Source: an uncultured Nitrospirota bacterium
GTDB lineage: Bacteria > CG2-30-53-67
Direction: 5' to 3'
Assembly (NCBI GenBank): GCA_964483105.1
Contig: CAYZZU010000006.1
Coordinates: 16,589 to 80,588 of the forward strand
DNA length: 64,000 nucleotides
Shown here: positions 27,242-38,369 of the stretch, piece after piece
Layout: every line of letters starts with the position of its first letter
Position numbering within the stretch: position 1 is the stretch's first letter
Notes under the pieces: generated by a model
The model's input: the letters and a program-made list of their open reading frames with translations, nothing else
What the model was told of the DNA's origin: nothing
Database searches by the model: none
Made by a program: the position numbers and the translations under genes

Positions 27242-28673
27242 AAAAAAAGTCCTGGTCATTGATGACGATGAGAGTATGCGATGGGTGATTGCGAAGGCCC
27301 TTGAAAAAGAGAGATACATCGTTGTTTCTCTGCCCGGCGCCGAGGATGGTTTCCGTTTCCTTGAAACCACCCCCTGCCCCCTCATTATACTGGATATCCG
27401 GATGCCGGGAATGAGCGGTCTGGAATTTCTCCGGAAAATCCGTGAGAAAGGGATCCCCTCTCAGGTGATTGTCATGACGGCTCAGGCCACCATGCAGAAC
27501 GCGATTGAAGCCATGAAGCGGGGGGCCTTTGATTATCTGACCAAACCCTTTGATATGGATGCCCTGAAACTGATTGTGGCCAAGGCATTTGATGTCATGG
27601 AATTAAATGAGGAGGTGCAGACCCTGAAAGGGGAAATTCTGGAGAAGTTCGAGTCGGACACCGTGGTGGGAGAAAGCGCCGCCATGCAGGAGGTCTTCAA
27701 GACGATCGGGAAAGTGGCGGAAAGTGATATGACGATCCTTTTGACCGGAGAGTCCGGTACCGGGAAGGAGGTAATCGCCAAAACCATTCACTACAACAGT
27801 TCCCGTTTCGGGAAGCCCTTTGTGCCGGTGAATCTGGTGGCCATTCCGGGGGAGCTGATGGAATCAGAGCTCTTCGGCCATGAAAAGGGGGCCTTTACCG
27901 GCGCGGTCTCACAGAAGATCGGGAAGTTTGAACAGGCCAATGGCGGAACCATCTTCCTGGATGAGATCGGCGACCTGGAGAGAGGTTTGCAGACCCGGCT
28001 TCTTCGGGTCCTCCAGGAGAGGGAAATCGAGCGGGTGGGAGGGAGCGGACCCATTCCCGTTGATGTAAGGATCCTTGCGGCAACCAACAGCAATCTCGAG
28101 GAGAAGGTCCGATCAGGCCAATTCCGGCCGGATCTCTTCTTCCGGCTCAATGTGGTTCCCATTCGGATTCCGTCTCTCAGAGAGAGAAAGAATGACATCC
28201 CTCTTCTACTGCAATTCTTTATTGAAAAGACGGTCCATGAAACCGGGGCACAGGTTACCGGTTGGACGGAGGACACCCTGGATTGTCTTCTTCAATATGA
28301 TTGGCCCGGCAATGTGCGGGAATTGGAAAATCTCGTGAAGCGTGCTGTGGTGATGTCCAGTGGCAAGAACCTGACGCCGGAGTCTTTCCCCACGCTTTCA
28401 ATGGGTCATGGATCCCTGACGGATCAGAGAGAATGCTTCGACCGGATGGTTCGCGAATATTTGGCGGACTTCGTGCGTAAGATGATTCAGGCTGATGGAC
28501 GGGGGATCCGGAAACTGATCCTGGACCGTATTGACATTCCTCTGATTGAGATGGTCTTGCAGGAGGTGGGAGGAAACCAGATCAGGGCGGCCGAACTTCT
28601 GGGCATCAATCGAAATACCTTGCGGAAAAAGATCAACGAATACGGAATGGATCCGAAAAAATTTCGATCATGA
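27234..28673 (+). CDS. Sigma-54-dependent response regulator (NtrC family: REC + AAA+ + Fis-type HTH)
   Basis: REC domain (VLVIDDDESM...DIRMPGMSG), AAA+ with GESGTGKE and GAFTGA, C-terminal Fis-like HTH (LLGINRNTLRKKI). Confidence 0.85.
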   Translation: MFEKKVLVIDDDESMRWVIAKALEKERYIVVSLPGAEDGFRFLETTPCPLIILDIRMPGMSGLEFLRKIREKGIPSQVIVMTAQATMQNAIEAMKRGAFDYLTKPFDMDALKLIVAKAFDVMELNEEVQTLKGEILEKFESDTVVGESAAMQEVFKTIGKVAESDMTILLTGESGTGKEVIAKTIHYNSSRFGKPFVPVNLVAIPGELMESELFGHEKGAFTGAVSQKIGKFEQANGGTIFLDEIGDLERGLQTRLLRVLQEREIERVGGSGPIPVDVRILAATNSNLEEKVRSGQFRPDLFFRLNVVPIRIPSLRERKNDIPLLLQFFIEKTVHETGAQVTGWTEDTLDCLLQYDWPGNVRELENLVKRAVVMSSGKNLTPESFPTLSMGHGSLTDQRECFDRMVREYLADFVRKMIQADGRGIRKLILDRIDIPLIEMVLQEVGGNQIRAAELLGINRNTLRKKINEYGMDPKKFRS

Positions 28674-28841
28674 CCCTGCCGCGGGAAGGGATCGTGCAGC
28701 GGAATCCTGCATGAATAAAGGATCCCTGTCCTTTTTCTCTTGACAAGCGTCGAAACGGTTGATATTTTATTGCGGAATTTACCATCCTGATATAAATCTT
28801 TGAGAAACAGATCTTCATGAGTGATGAGAGGAGGGCGTTGG

Positions 28842-29111
28842 ATGACTAAAACAGAATTGATTGAGGCGATGGCTGCGGATGCGAAGATCAGTAAGGCATC
28901 TGCCGGCAAGGTTCTGGATTCCATGATCAAGCATATCTCCAAGACCCTGAAGAAGGGAGGCCGAGTCACCCTGGTCGGGTTCGGCACCTTCTCTGTGGTG
29001 AAAAGGAAGGCCCGCACCGGAAGAAATCCTCAGACAGGCGAGAAGATCAAGATCAAAGCGAGAAAAGTGCCGAAATTCACCCCGGGCAAAGGCCTTCGTT
29101 CCGCTCTGTAA
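28842..29111 (+). CDS. hup: HU family DNA-binding protein
   Basis: [67 protein letters not shown]. Confidence 0.85.
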   Translation: MTKTELIEAMAADAKISKASAGKVLDSMIKHISKTLKKGGRVTLVGFGTFSVVKRKARTGRNPQTGEKIKIKARKVPKFTPGKGLRSAL

Positions 29112-29202
29112 GGGGAAAAGACGTCAGGATCCTCCGAAATCACTCTATGCGTTATTCATACCGGCAGGGGATCCCCAAAGGAAATCTTTGTAACAGGTTG
29201 AT

Positions 29203-29240
29203 AAAATGAGGCAATGAAGGGGTTCATTGCCTCATTTTTA
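29203..29240 (+). terminator. Strong rho-independent terminator (perfect 16-bp stem AAAATGAGGCAATGAA/TTCATTGCCTCATTTT, 4-nt loop, U-rich tail)
   Basis: Read directly from the sequence, downstream of hup. Confidence 0.75.
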
Positions 29241-29242
29241 TC

Positions 29243-29277
29243 TTGACAAGATCTCGTTGAATTCTTTACATTATACA
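29243..29277 (+). promoter_or_regulatory. Sigma70-like promoter (TTGACA - about 17-18 nt - TACATT/TATACA) driving tRNA-Val
   Basis: Perfect -35 hexamer and an AT-rich -10 region 15-20 nt upstream of the tRNA 5' end. The same tcttgacaag motif also occurs before hup at about 28739. Confidence 0.5.
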
Positions 29278-29293
29278 GAATTCAGGATGACGG

Positions 29294-29370
29294 AGGCGGT
29301 TAGCTCAGTTGGTTAGAGCGCCACGTTGACATCGTGGAGGTCGCTGGTTCAACTCCAGTACCGCCTACCA
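29294..29370 (+). tRNA. tRNA-Val (anticodon GAC)
   Basis: Cloverleaf read manually. Acceptor AGGCGGU/ACCGCCU, D-arm GCUCAGUUGGUUAGAGC, anticodon stem CCACG/CGUGG with loop UUGACAU, T-arm GCUGGUUCAACUCCAGU, discriminator A and encoded CCA. Confidence 0.9.
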
Positions 29371-29424
29371 GGCCACACGATCACTATCAGGAACGGAACA
29401 TTGGTGAAATAAAGTTCGAAGGAA

Positions 29425-29472
29425 GGGCATCACAGCGGTTCCATGAGAGGTGTGATGCCCTTTTTGTTTTTC
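29425..29472 (+). terminator. Rho-independent terminator/attenuator-like hairpin (GGGCATCACA ... TGTGATGCCC, then TTTTTGTTTTTC) between tRNA-Val and thrS
   Basis: 10-bp perfect stem with a 16-nt loop and a T-rich tail, ending about 10 nt before the first plausible thrS ATG. Confidence 0.65.
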
Positions 29473-29481
29473 TATGGGTCT

Positions 29482-31422
29482 ATGATGCAGTCGGATAAAG
29501 TCAGAATTTGCCTGGAGCAGGGAACATCCGGTGATTTCGATCGGGGGACCGAAATCGGTGAGGTCCTTTCCGTCCTCTCAGATGAAGAAGAGGAAGCTCC
29601 TGTTGCGGCGAAATGGAACGGAAGACTCGTGGACTTGAGTTTCCGGCTTTCGGAACCCGGAGAGGTGGTGGGGGTATCTCTTTCCACTCCGGAGGGAGTG
29701 GATATCCTGAGACACACAACGGCCCACATCATGGCCCAGGCCGTCCAGGAACTGTTCCCGGGTACCCGTATTGCGATCGGGCCCACGATTGAAAACGGAT
29801 TTTACTACGACTTTGAACCCGAGAGACCCTTTACGCCGGAGGACCTTGAAAAAATCGCCCTTCGGATGAAGGAAATCATCAAGCGGGATGAGCCCCTGGA
29901 ACGGATTGAGATGGACCGTGACGAGGCCATCGCCTTTTTCGAGGGGAAAAAGGAAACTTACAAAGTAGAGCTGATCCGGGATCTGGGGGATTCCGAGACC
30001 ATCTCCTTTTACCGCCAGGGAGATTTCGTGGATCTCTGTCGGGGGCCGCACCTTCCCAGGACATCCTATGTCCGGTATTTTAAACTGCTCAGTGTAGCCG
30101 GCGCCTATTGGAGAGGGGATGAGAAGAACCCGATGTTACAGCGGATTTACGGAACCGCCTTCCCCGCCAAGAAAGAGCTCAAGGCTTATCTGCGGATGCT
30201 GGAAGAGGCCAGGAAGCGGGATCACAGGAAACTGGGGAGGGAACTGGAACTTTTTCAGGTGAATGAGACGGTCGGTGGCGGGTTGATTCTTTATCATCCG
30301 AACGGAGCGCGGCTTCGATGGATTCTGGAGGACTTTGAAAAGGAGGAACACCTGAAGCGGGGTTATCTTCCGGTCGTGGGCCCCCAGATTTTAAAAAGCG
30401 ATCTTTGGAAGATTTCCGGTCACTACGATTACTACCGTGAAAACATGTATTTCACGGAGATTGAGGGGAATGAGTATGGAATCAAGCCGATGAACTGCCC
30501 CGCTCATATGTTGATCTACCAGTCCAGGACTCGAAGTTACCGTGATCTTCCCCTTCGTTTTTTCGAGCTGGGCACCGTGCACAGGCATGAGAAGACCGGC
30601 GTGCTCCACGGGTTGTTGCGGGTACGGGGGTTTACCCAGGATGATGCCCATATTTTTTGTCTCCCTGAGCAATTGACGGATGAGATTGCCGGTGTGATCG
30701 ATTTTATCCAGGATGTCATGGGTGTTTTCGGTTTTGAATATTCTCTTGAGATCAGTACCCGTCCGGAAAAATCGATCGGGACCGATGAAGAGTGGGAAAG
30801 AGCGACCCGGGCGCTTCAGGATGCCCTGCATGAATTGAATCTCTCCTACGAAATCAATGAAGGAGACGGGGCCTTTTACGGTCCGAAAGTGGACGTCAAG
30901 ATCCGGGACGCGATTGGGCGGCACTGGCAATGTGCCACGATCCAGTGCGATTTTACTCTTCCGGAGCGGTTCAACCTTCATTACGTGGGCGCTGACGGGG
31001 CGGAACACCGTCCGGTTATGCTCCACCGGGTGATCCTGGGGTCCCTGGAGCGTTTTATGGCGGTTCTGATCGAACACTATGCCGGAAAATTTCCCCTTTG
31101 GCTGGCTCCGGTACAGGCCGTGGTGATCAATATTACGGATCGCCAGCTTGAATACGCAAAAACGGTAAAAGGAAAATTCGATGCCGCGGGAATCCGGACG
31201 GTGTTGGACGCGCGTAACGAGAAGATCGGCTACAAAATCCGGGAAGCCCAGGTCCAGAAAATTCCCTATATGGTGATTGTCGGGGACAGGGAGGTTCAGT
31301 CTGAGACTATTTCCCTCCGCTCCCGTGACAAAGGAGATCTGGGGAGCCGCGAAATCGGGGTTGCCCTTGAGGAACTCAGGATGGAGAACGATGAGAAACG
31401 GTACGCTTCTCAGACGGGATGA
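29482..31422 (+). CDS. thrS: Threonine--tRNA ligase
   Basis: TGS/second-additional domains then class II core ([26 protein letters not shown]; motifs 2 and 3) and anticodon-binding domain. Start moved to ATG 29482 because the ORF-track start (29443) lies inside the terminator hairpin. Confidence 0.9.
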   Translation: MMQSDKVRICLEQGTSGDFDRGTEIGEVLSVLSDEEEEAPVAAKWNGRLVDLSFRLSEPGEVVGVSLSTPEGVDILRHTTAHIMAQAVQELFPGTRIAIGPTIENGFYYDFEPERPFTPEDLEKIALRMKEIIKRDEPLERIEMDRDEAIAFFEGKKETYKVELIRDLGDSETISFYRQGDFVDLCRGPHLPRTSYVRYFKLLSVAGAYWRGDEKNPMLQRIYGTAFPAKKELKAYLRMLEEARKRDHRKLGRELELFQVNETVGGGLILYHPNGARLRWILEDFEKEEHLKRGYLPVVGPQILKSDLWKISGHYDYYRENMYFTEIEGNEYGIKPMNCPAHMLIYQSRTRSYRDLPLRFFELGTVHRHEKTGVLHGLLRVRGFTQDDAHIFCLPEQLTDEIAGVIDFIQDVMGVFGFEYSLEISTRPEKSIGTDEEWERATRALQDALHELNLSYEINEGDGAFYGPKVDVKIRDAIGRHWQCATIQCDFTLPERFNLHYVGADGAEHRPVMLHRVILGSLERFMAVLIEHYAGKFPLWLAPVQAVVINITDRQLEYAKTVKGKFDAAGIRTVLDARNEKIGYKIREAQVQKIPYMVIVGDREVQSETISLRSRDKGDLGSREIGVALEELRMENDEKRYASQTG

Positions 31423-31476
31423 TAACCTGGTTGTTTGATCCCCCGATGAGGGGGCCACTTTAATCTGGAGGCGACT

Positions 31477-32088
31477 CTGAGAAACAATCGACACGCAAAG
31501 GTAAAGAAACGCAAGGAGAGGATCAACAGGGAAATCACCGTTCCGGAAGTTCGCGTTGTGGATGAGGATGGTACTCAGTTGGGGATTCTCGCCACCAGTG
31601 AGGCGATCCGGATTACGGAGGAAAAAGGCCTGGATCTTGTGGAAGTGGCCCCCATGGCCAAGCCTCCCGTTTGCCGTTTGATGGATTACGGGAAGTATCA
31701 GTACCAGAAGAGCAAAAAGGCCAACCTGGCGAAAAAAAAGCAGCAATTCGTTCAGGTCAAAGAAGTGAAACTACGGCCGAATACAGACAAACATGATTTT
31801 GACTTCAAGCTTCACCATGCGGAGCGCTTTCTCAAAAGCGCCAACAAGGTGAAGGTCACCGTAAGGTTCAGGGGTCGCGAGGTTGTGCACGCCGATCGTG
31901 GGAAGAAGATACTGGAGATGTTTGCAGATCGTGTTTCTGAAATCGGAAGCGTCGAAACGATGCCGACCCGGGAAGGGCGGGCGATGATTATGATTCTGGC
32001 ACCGAAGCAGGGAAGCGCACCCAAAAAGAAAAAGGACGAATCCACACACGGGTCTGGAAAAGAATCGGTTCAGACAGGAAAGGAGTGA
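31477..32088 (+). CDS. infC: Translation initiation factor IF-3
   Basis: INREITVPEVRVVDEDGTQLGI...EEKGLDLVEVAPMAKPPVCRLMDYGKYQYQ plus the C-terminal domain. The frame opens after a TGA at 31447 with a GGAGG at 31466-31470 and no in-frame ATG before the conserved region. Candidate non-ATG start (CTG 31477); infC is known to use atypical start codons. Confidence 0.8.
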   Translation: MRNNRHAKVKKRKERINREITVPEVRVVDEDGTQLGILATSEAIRITEEKGLDLVEVAPMAKPPVCRLMDYGKYQYQKSKKANLAKKKQQFVQVKEVKLRPNTDKHDFDFKLHHAERFLKSANKVKVTVRFRGREVVHADRGKKILEMFADRVSEIGSVETMPTREGRAMIMILAPKQGSAPKKKKDESTHGSGKESVQTGKE

Positions 32089-32094
32089 AACAGC

Positions 32095-32292
32095 ATGCCG
32101 AAAATGAAAACACACCGTGGAGCGGCGAAACGTTTCCGCATGACCGCGTCCGGGAAAATCAAAAGAAACAAGGCCTATGCCAGCCACATCCTGACTTCAA
32201 AAAGCACCAAAAGGAAACGGGATCTACGTAAAGGGACGTTGATGGATGCTTCGAATGAAAAGGCCGTGAAGAAGCTTTTACCCTACGCGTAA
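32095..32292 (+). CDS. rpmI: 50S ribosomal protein L35
   Basis: [33 protein letters not shown]. Confidence 0.9.
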   Translation: MPKMKTHRGAAKRFRMTASGKIKRNKAYASHILTSKSTKRKRDLRKGTLMDASNEKAVKKLLPYA

Positions 32293-32355
32293 GATTCGAA
32301 ACAATCTAAAATTTTTACGTGTCCCCGCAAACCGGGGATTTGAGGAGGAATCCAA

Positions 32356-32718
32356 ATGCCGAGAGTTAAAGGAGGCAACAAACGGCTCACCCGGAGAAAA
32401 AAAATACTGAAACTGGCCAAAGGGTTTTATGGTGGGCGCAAGAATCTCTTCCGAACAGCTCTGGAGGCCGTGGACCGTTCGATGCAGAATGCCTACATCG
32501 GGCGGAAGCGTCGAAAGAGGGATTTCCGGGCACTCTGGATTACCCGGATTAACGCCGCGGCGCGGGAAGAAGGGATCTCTTACAGCCGGTTGATCCAGGG
32601 GTTGAAGCTTGCAAAGGTAGGGATCAATCGAAAAATGATGGCGGAACTGGCAGTTCACCACCCCCAGGATTTTGCCCGTTTGGCCGAAATCGCCAAAAAC
32701 AACCTCTCGTCCCTGTAA
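32356..32718 (+). CDS. rplT: 50S ribosomal protein L20
   Basis: [35 protein letters not shown]... Confidence 0.95.
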   Translation: MPRVKGGNKRLTRRKKILKLAKGFYGGRKNLFRTALEAVDRSMQNAYIGRKRRKRDFRALWITRINAAAREEGISYSRLIQGLKLAKVGINRKMMAELAVHHPQDFARLAEIAKNNLSSL

Positions 32719-33807
<1,089 letters not shown>

Positions 33808-33865
33808 AACACACACCCGAATGGATTTTTCGCGAAGCCTTCAGGCATGATCGGGATTGGAACCT

Positions 33866-36271
33866 ATGCGTATCAGCATCAACTGGTTGCGGGATTTTGT
33901 TGAGATTCAGGATTCTCCTCAAGTGATTGCGGATCGTCTCACTCTGGCTGGACTCGAGGTCGATTCGGTTGTTTCCTTGCAACAGGGGTTTGACAAGCTC
34001 GTCGTAGGACGGATACTTACGGTTGAAGCGCATCCGGACTCGGATCATCTGACCATTTGCCGTGTGGATGCGGGAGGGGAAACGCTGCAGATTGTTTGCG
34101 GTGCCCGGAATCACCGGGAAGGAAACAAGGTCGTGCTGGCACTCCCCGGCGCTGTTCTACCCGGAGGGGTGGAAATCGTTCCGTCCAACATTCGAGGCGT
34201 CCGGTCTTCCGGGATGATTTGTTCCGCGAAGGAACTCGGGATTCCCGAAGAATCCTCCGGAGTGATGATTCTGCCCGAGGATGCCGAGGTCGGGCGTTCC
34301 GCGGCGGAGGTCCTTGGGCGAAACGATACGGTCCTGGAAATCGACTTGACTCCGAATCGTTCTGATTGTCTCAGTCATTTCGGTGTAGCTCGGGAACTCG
34401 CCGGATTAACGGGTGAATGCCTGAAGCGTCCGGAGATCAAGATCCAGGAAGAAGGGCCCTCCATCGATTCGTGGATTGCCGTTACAATCCGTGATGCTGA
34501 ACTATGTCCCCGTTATACGGCCAGGATGATTCTGGACGTTACCATCGGTCCTTCTCCCCGCTGGCTCCGAAACCGGCTTTGCGCGGTCGGACTTCGCCCA
34601 GTCAACAATGTTGTGGATGTAACGAACTATATCATGATGGAACGGGGACATCCTCTCCATGCCTTTGATTATGACAAAATCGAGGGACGCAGAATCGAAG
34701 TCAGAACGGCTCGCCCGGGCGATGTTTTAAAGACCCTGGATGGTGTAGAGCGAACGCTGGACTCCTCCATGCTTCTGATCTGTGACGGGAAGAACCCTGT
34801 AGCTGTGGCCGGTGTTATGGGAGGAGAAAACACGGAAGTCGATAGTGGAACGAAACGGATTTTCCTGGAGGCCGCCTGTTTCCAGCCCGTGTCGATTCGA
34901 AGAACCTCCAAAAGACTGGGGCTTCATTCCGAATCGTCTCACCGCTTCGAACGGGGGATCGACATCGAAGGATTGGTTGACTCTTTGGATCGTGCCGCCG
35001 CCCTGATTCAGGAGGTGGCGGGAGGGAGAATCGCGAAGGGAAGGATAGACCATTATCCCGCGCCCTATCCCACGCAAACGATTTCTCTGCGGACCGGGCG
35101 GGTGCGTTCGCTGCTGGGAATTTCGATCTCATCCGATGAGATCAAGGAGATTTTAACGCGTCTTTCCCTGACGGTTGAGAATTACGGCGACGACCGGTTG
35201 GAAGTGAGGATCCCTTCCTTCCGAAACGACCTGACTCGCGAGATTGATCTGATCGAGGAGGTGGCGCGTTTTTTTGGATATGACCGGATTCCAACCACCC
35301 TGCCGAATGCCACCCTGACTTCCGGGAAAAGGTCGGGGACCAGGAGGGTTCAGTCTCTCTGCCGCTCGATCCTCATCGCCCGGGGATTTTTCGAGACGAT
35401 CCACTACAGCTTTCAGAGTCCGGAGGATCTTGACAGGCTCCTGATTCCGGAGGGAGATCCTCTCCGGGCACAGATCCGAATCCGGAATCCTTTAAGTGAA
35501 GACCAGAGCGTCCTCAGAACCTTGCTTCTTCCCGGTTTGTTGCATACCCTGAACCGGAATCTCGCTCATTCCGTGTCGGACATTCGAATCTTCGAGATCG
35601 GCCGGATTTTTCAGAAAAGGAATTCCGGGCTTCCCCTGGAAAGTGGGCGGCTGGCCGGTCTGCTTTCGGGGAAGAATTGTCCGTTGGGATGGGGGAACCG
35701 TCCGCGGGCTTTCGACTTCTTTGATCTCAAGGGGGTTCTGGAAGAACTTTTTGAAGCGGTGGGGTTGATTCCTGTCCAGTGGAGCACGCCGGAGGATCTG
35801 CCTTTTCTGCATCCGGGAAGAAGCGCCTGGATGGCATGGAAAGAGGAGAAGTTCGGTTTTGCCGGAGAAGTTCATCCCGAGGTGCTGAAACGATTCGGTC
35901 TTTCCGAGAAGGCTTTTTGCTTTGAGTTGAACCTGGATTTTATCAGTGAACATTTTGTCGACACGGTTCTGTACACTTCACCGATCCGCTTTCCCTTTGT
36001 GGACCGTGATCTGGCGCTGATTCTGTCCGAGGAGGTCTCCGCGGGAGAAGTGGAAGAAAAGATCCGGGCGGTGGCACCGGATCTGATCCGGGAAGTCCGG
36101 CTTTTTGATGTTTATCGGGGAGAGCCGATTGCTGAAGGGAAAAAGAGTCTTGCTTATTCCATCCGTTTTCAGGCGTCGGATCGAACCCTCACGGATCAGG
36201 AGATCAATGGGGTACGGGACCGGATTGTGGAGGAACTGAATCAGGTTTTCGGCGCCACTCTTCGCGAATAA
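33866..36271 (+). CDS. pheT: Phenylalanine--tRNA ligase beta subunit
   Basis: MRISINWLRDFVEI N-terminus, tRNA-binding domain, B3/B4, B5 and FDX-ACB domains. About 800 aa. Confidence 0.9.
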   Translation: MRISINWLRDFVEIQDSPQVIADRLTLAGLEVDSVVSLQQGFDKLVVGRILTVEAHPDSDHLTICRVDAGGETLQIVCGARNHREGNKVVLALPGAVLPGGVEIVPSNIRGVRSSGMICSAKELGIPEESSGVMILPEDAEVGRSAAEVLGRNDTVLEIDLTPNRSDCLSHFGVARELAGLTGECLKRPEIKIQEEGPSIDSWIAVTIRDAELCPRYTARMILDVTIGPSPRWLRNRLCAVGLRPVNNVVDVTNYIMMERGHPLHAFDYDKIEGRRIEVRTARPGDVLKTLDGVERTLDSSMLLICDGKNPVAVAGVMGGENTEVDSGTKRIFLEAACFQPVSIRRTSKRLGLHSESSHRFERGIDIEGLVDSLDRAAALIQEVAGGRIAKGRIDHYPAPYPTQTISLRTGRVRSLLGISISSDEIKEILTRLSLTVENYGDDRLEVRIPSFRNDLTREIDLIEEVARFFGYDRIPTTLPNATLTSGKRSGTRRVQSLCRSILIARGFFETIHYSFQSPEDLDRLLIPEGDPLRAQIRIRNPLSEDQSVLRTLLLPGLLHTLNRNLAHSVSDIRIFEIGRIFQKRNSGLPLESGRLAGLLSGKNCPLGWGNRPRAFDFFDLKGVLEELFEAVGLIPVQWSTPEDLPFLHPGRSAWMAWKEEKFGFAGEVHPEVLKRFGLSEKAFCFELNLDFISEHFVDTVLYTSPIRFPFVDRDLALILSEEVSAGEVEEKIRAVAPDLIREVRLFDVYRGEPIAEGKKSLAYSIRFQASDRTLTDQEINGVRDRIVEELNQVFGATLRE

Positions 36272-36293
36272 GCTGCGATGCGGAGCCATCCCA

Positions 36294-37379
36294 ATGGGGC
36301 GATCGATGATTCCTACAGTGGAATGGAAAGACGGAAAGGTTCGATTGATCGACCAAACCCGGCTTCCCCTGGAAACGGTTTTTGTGGAATATGATGATTA
36401 CAGGGACCTCACGGAAGCGATCCGGAATCTGGTCGTTCGGGGCGCTCCCGCCATCGGAGTCACCGCCGCCATGGGGATCGCTTTGGGCGCCCAGACCGTT
36501 GATGCTGAAACCGTTCCCGAGTTTCTGGAAAAGCTTCAACCCATTTGTGATTCCATCGCGCGGGCACGCCCTACAGCCGTGAACCTGTCCTGGGCGATCA
36601 AGCAGATGATGGAATTTGCCTCTCGGAACCGAAACGCGGGTGTGAGCGAACTGAAACAACGGATGGTCCACGAAGCCATCCGTCTCAAGGATGAGGACAT
36701 TGCAATCAATCGTGCCATGGGGGCCTTCGGCGCCGAATGGGTGCGGGAAGGGGACGCCATTCTGACCCATTGCAATGCGGGATCCTTGGCTACCGCAGGG
36801 TTCGGCACGGCTCTCGGTGTTCTTTATGCAGCCTTTGAGGCCGGGAAAAGGTTCCGGGTCTTTGCGGATGAAACCCGCCCTGTCCTCCAGGGGGCCCGAC
36901 TGACGGCCTGGGAGCTGAAAGAGGCGGGCATTGACGTGACCTTGATTACCGACAACATGGCAGGTCATTTCATGAAAATGGGGAGGATCGATCTGGTGAT
37001 TGTTGGAGCGGACCGGATTGCGTCCAACGGGGACGTGGCGAACAAGATCGGTACCTATTCCGTGGCGGTACTCGCCCGTGAGCACCAGATTCCTTTTCTG
37101 GTGGCTGCTCCGTTTTCAACGATCGATTATTCCATCCCCAATGGAGCGGGCATTCCCATTGAAGAGCGTGATCCTCAGGAGGTCACACGGATCTGGAACC
37201 GGCTCCAGATCGCGCCTTCCGATATTCCGGCGGAAAACCCCGCTTTTGACGTAACCCCCGCCCGATATATCACGGCCATCGTGACGGAAAGAGGAGTTTT
37301 CGCCCCGCGGGATATCCGGAAACTGAATCGGAAAGAAGTCGATCCGGAAAAACTGAGGCTTCAAGCACGAAGCAGGTGA
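36294..37379 (+). CDS. mtnA: S-methyl-5-thioribose-1-phosphate isomerase (eIF-2B alpha/beta/delta family)
   Basis: IPTVEWKDGKVRLIDQTRLPLETVFVEY N-terminus and conserved GAPAIGVTAAMG, TGADRIASNGDVANKIGT blocks. Confidence 0.8.
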   Translation: MGRSMIPTVEWKDGKVRLIDQTRLPLETVFVEYDDYRDLTEAIRNLVVRGAPAIGVTAAMGIALGAQTVDAETVPEFLEKLQPICDSIARARPTAVNLSWAIKQMMEFASRNRNAGVSELKQRMVHEAIRLKDEDIAINRAMGAFGAEWVREGDAILTHCNAGSLATAGFGTALGVLYAAFEAGKRFRVFADETRPVLQGARLTAWELKEAGIDVTLITDNMAGHFMKMGRIDLVIVGADRIASNGDVANKIGTYSVAVLAREHQIPFLVAAPFSTIDYSIPNGAGIPIEERDPQEVTRIWNRLQIAPSDIPAENPAFDVTPARYITAIVTERGVFAPRDIRKLNRKEVDPEKLRLQARSR

Positions 37380-37385
37380 TCCGGT

Positions 37386-38369
37386 TTAAAGAAAAAGTTT
37401 CCGAACCAGAGATGTCCTGTTCTTCACCCCGACCTTATCGAAGATATGCTTCAGGTGAACCTTGACGGTGTGTTCACTGATGAACATACGTTCGCCGATC
37501 TCCATGTTGCTGAATCCCTGAAAAATCAGAGTGGTAAGTTCTTTCTCCCGCTTGGAAAGTCCGTACCGGATGGCGAAGGTATCCGGATCGAAAGGTAGAT
37601 TCTTCAGGGGGACCTGTGTCATGATCAGTGTGTAGTCATTTCCCAGGGGATCTTTGGCGTCCTTCTCCAAATGCATGACCAGGACCTTCAGAACATGTCC
37701 GTCCGGAAGGGTCCATTCCGTGTCGGACCGTTGAGATCTTTTCCTCCGCCGGGCGGTCAGGGTATCCCCATAGAGCCTTTTCAAGAGTTTGACCACGGAA
37801 GGATGAAGTCCGTAAGGTGGCTTGATGCGCGTCTTTGTGCCGGTACTGTACCGCGTAAAGATTGCCTGTGCCCCGGGGTTCATATAGACGGGCGTTCCTG
37901 CGGTATCAAAGATGATCATGGCCATCGGCGCTTCGTTACAGGCCTGTTCGAAAACCTTCCGTTCTTCCGTCACCTTGCGGAAGGTGTCGTCCATGGCTAT
38001 TTTGTCACGAATGGAGGCCCGGACCCAGGCCAGAAGTTCGGCTTCCTGAATCGGGCGGGTCAGATATTTGTCCGCGCCACCATCCAGGCCGGAGACAATA
38101 TCCTCGGTGGAGGAACGTTCGGCCGTGAAGAGGATCACCGGGATCTTGGCCGTCGCCGGATTTTTCTTGATCTTTTTGCAGAGTTCGATCCCATTGATCT
38201 CCGGCATGTTGACATCCAGTATCACCAGATCGATCGGGTTCTTCTTCAGAACTCTGGTTGTTTCCTTGGGATGTTGCAGAGCCACAACCTGATATCCGTT
38301 CAGCTCCAGGATGGTTTTCAAAAGAAGAAGGTTATCTTGAATGTCGTCCACAATCAGTATCGTGTTCAT
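37386..38369 (-). CDS. Response regulator: REC + PAS-like middle domain + LuxR-type HTH
   Basis: MNTILIVDDIQDNLLLLK...DLVILDVNMPEINGIELC (REC). C-terminal ELTTLIFQGFSNMEIGERMFISEHTVKVHLKHIFDKVGVKNRTSL (LuxR/GerE HTH). Confidence 0.8.
   Translation of the reverse strand: MNTILIVDDIQDNLLLLKTILELNGYQVVALQHPKETTRVLKKNPIDLVILDVNMPEINGIELCKKIKKNPATAKIPVILFTAERSSTEDIVSGLDGGADKYLTRPIQEAELLAWVRASIRDKIAMDDTFRKVTEERKVFEQACNEAPMAMIIFDTAGTPVYMNPGAQAIFTRYSTGTKTRIKPPYGLHPSVVKLLKRLYGDTLTARRRKRSQRSDTEWTLPDGHVLKVLVMHLEKDAKDPLGNDYTLIMTQVPLKNLPFDPDTFAIRYGLSKREKELTTLIFQGFSNMEIGERMFISEHTVKVHLKHIFDKVGVKNRTSLVRKLFL

Noticed and set aside
30391-31746. 451-aa minus-strand ORF antisense to thrS. Similar long antisense ORFs occur over ftsY (8705..9820), ffh (42710..43603), mtnA (36204..37085), rpe (41038..41724), valS (49263..51701, 812 aa), nadC/birA/coaX (52264..54142), the amidase gene (56102..57364) and tsaD (23345..24085)
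   Set aside because: All are opposite unambiguous housekeeping genes and show no protein-family features. They were rejected as shadow ORFs
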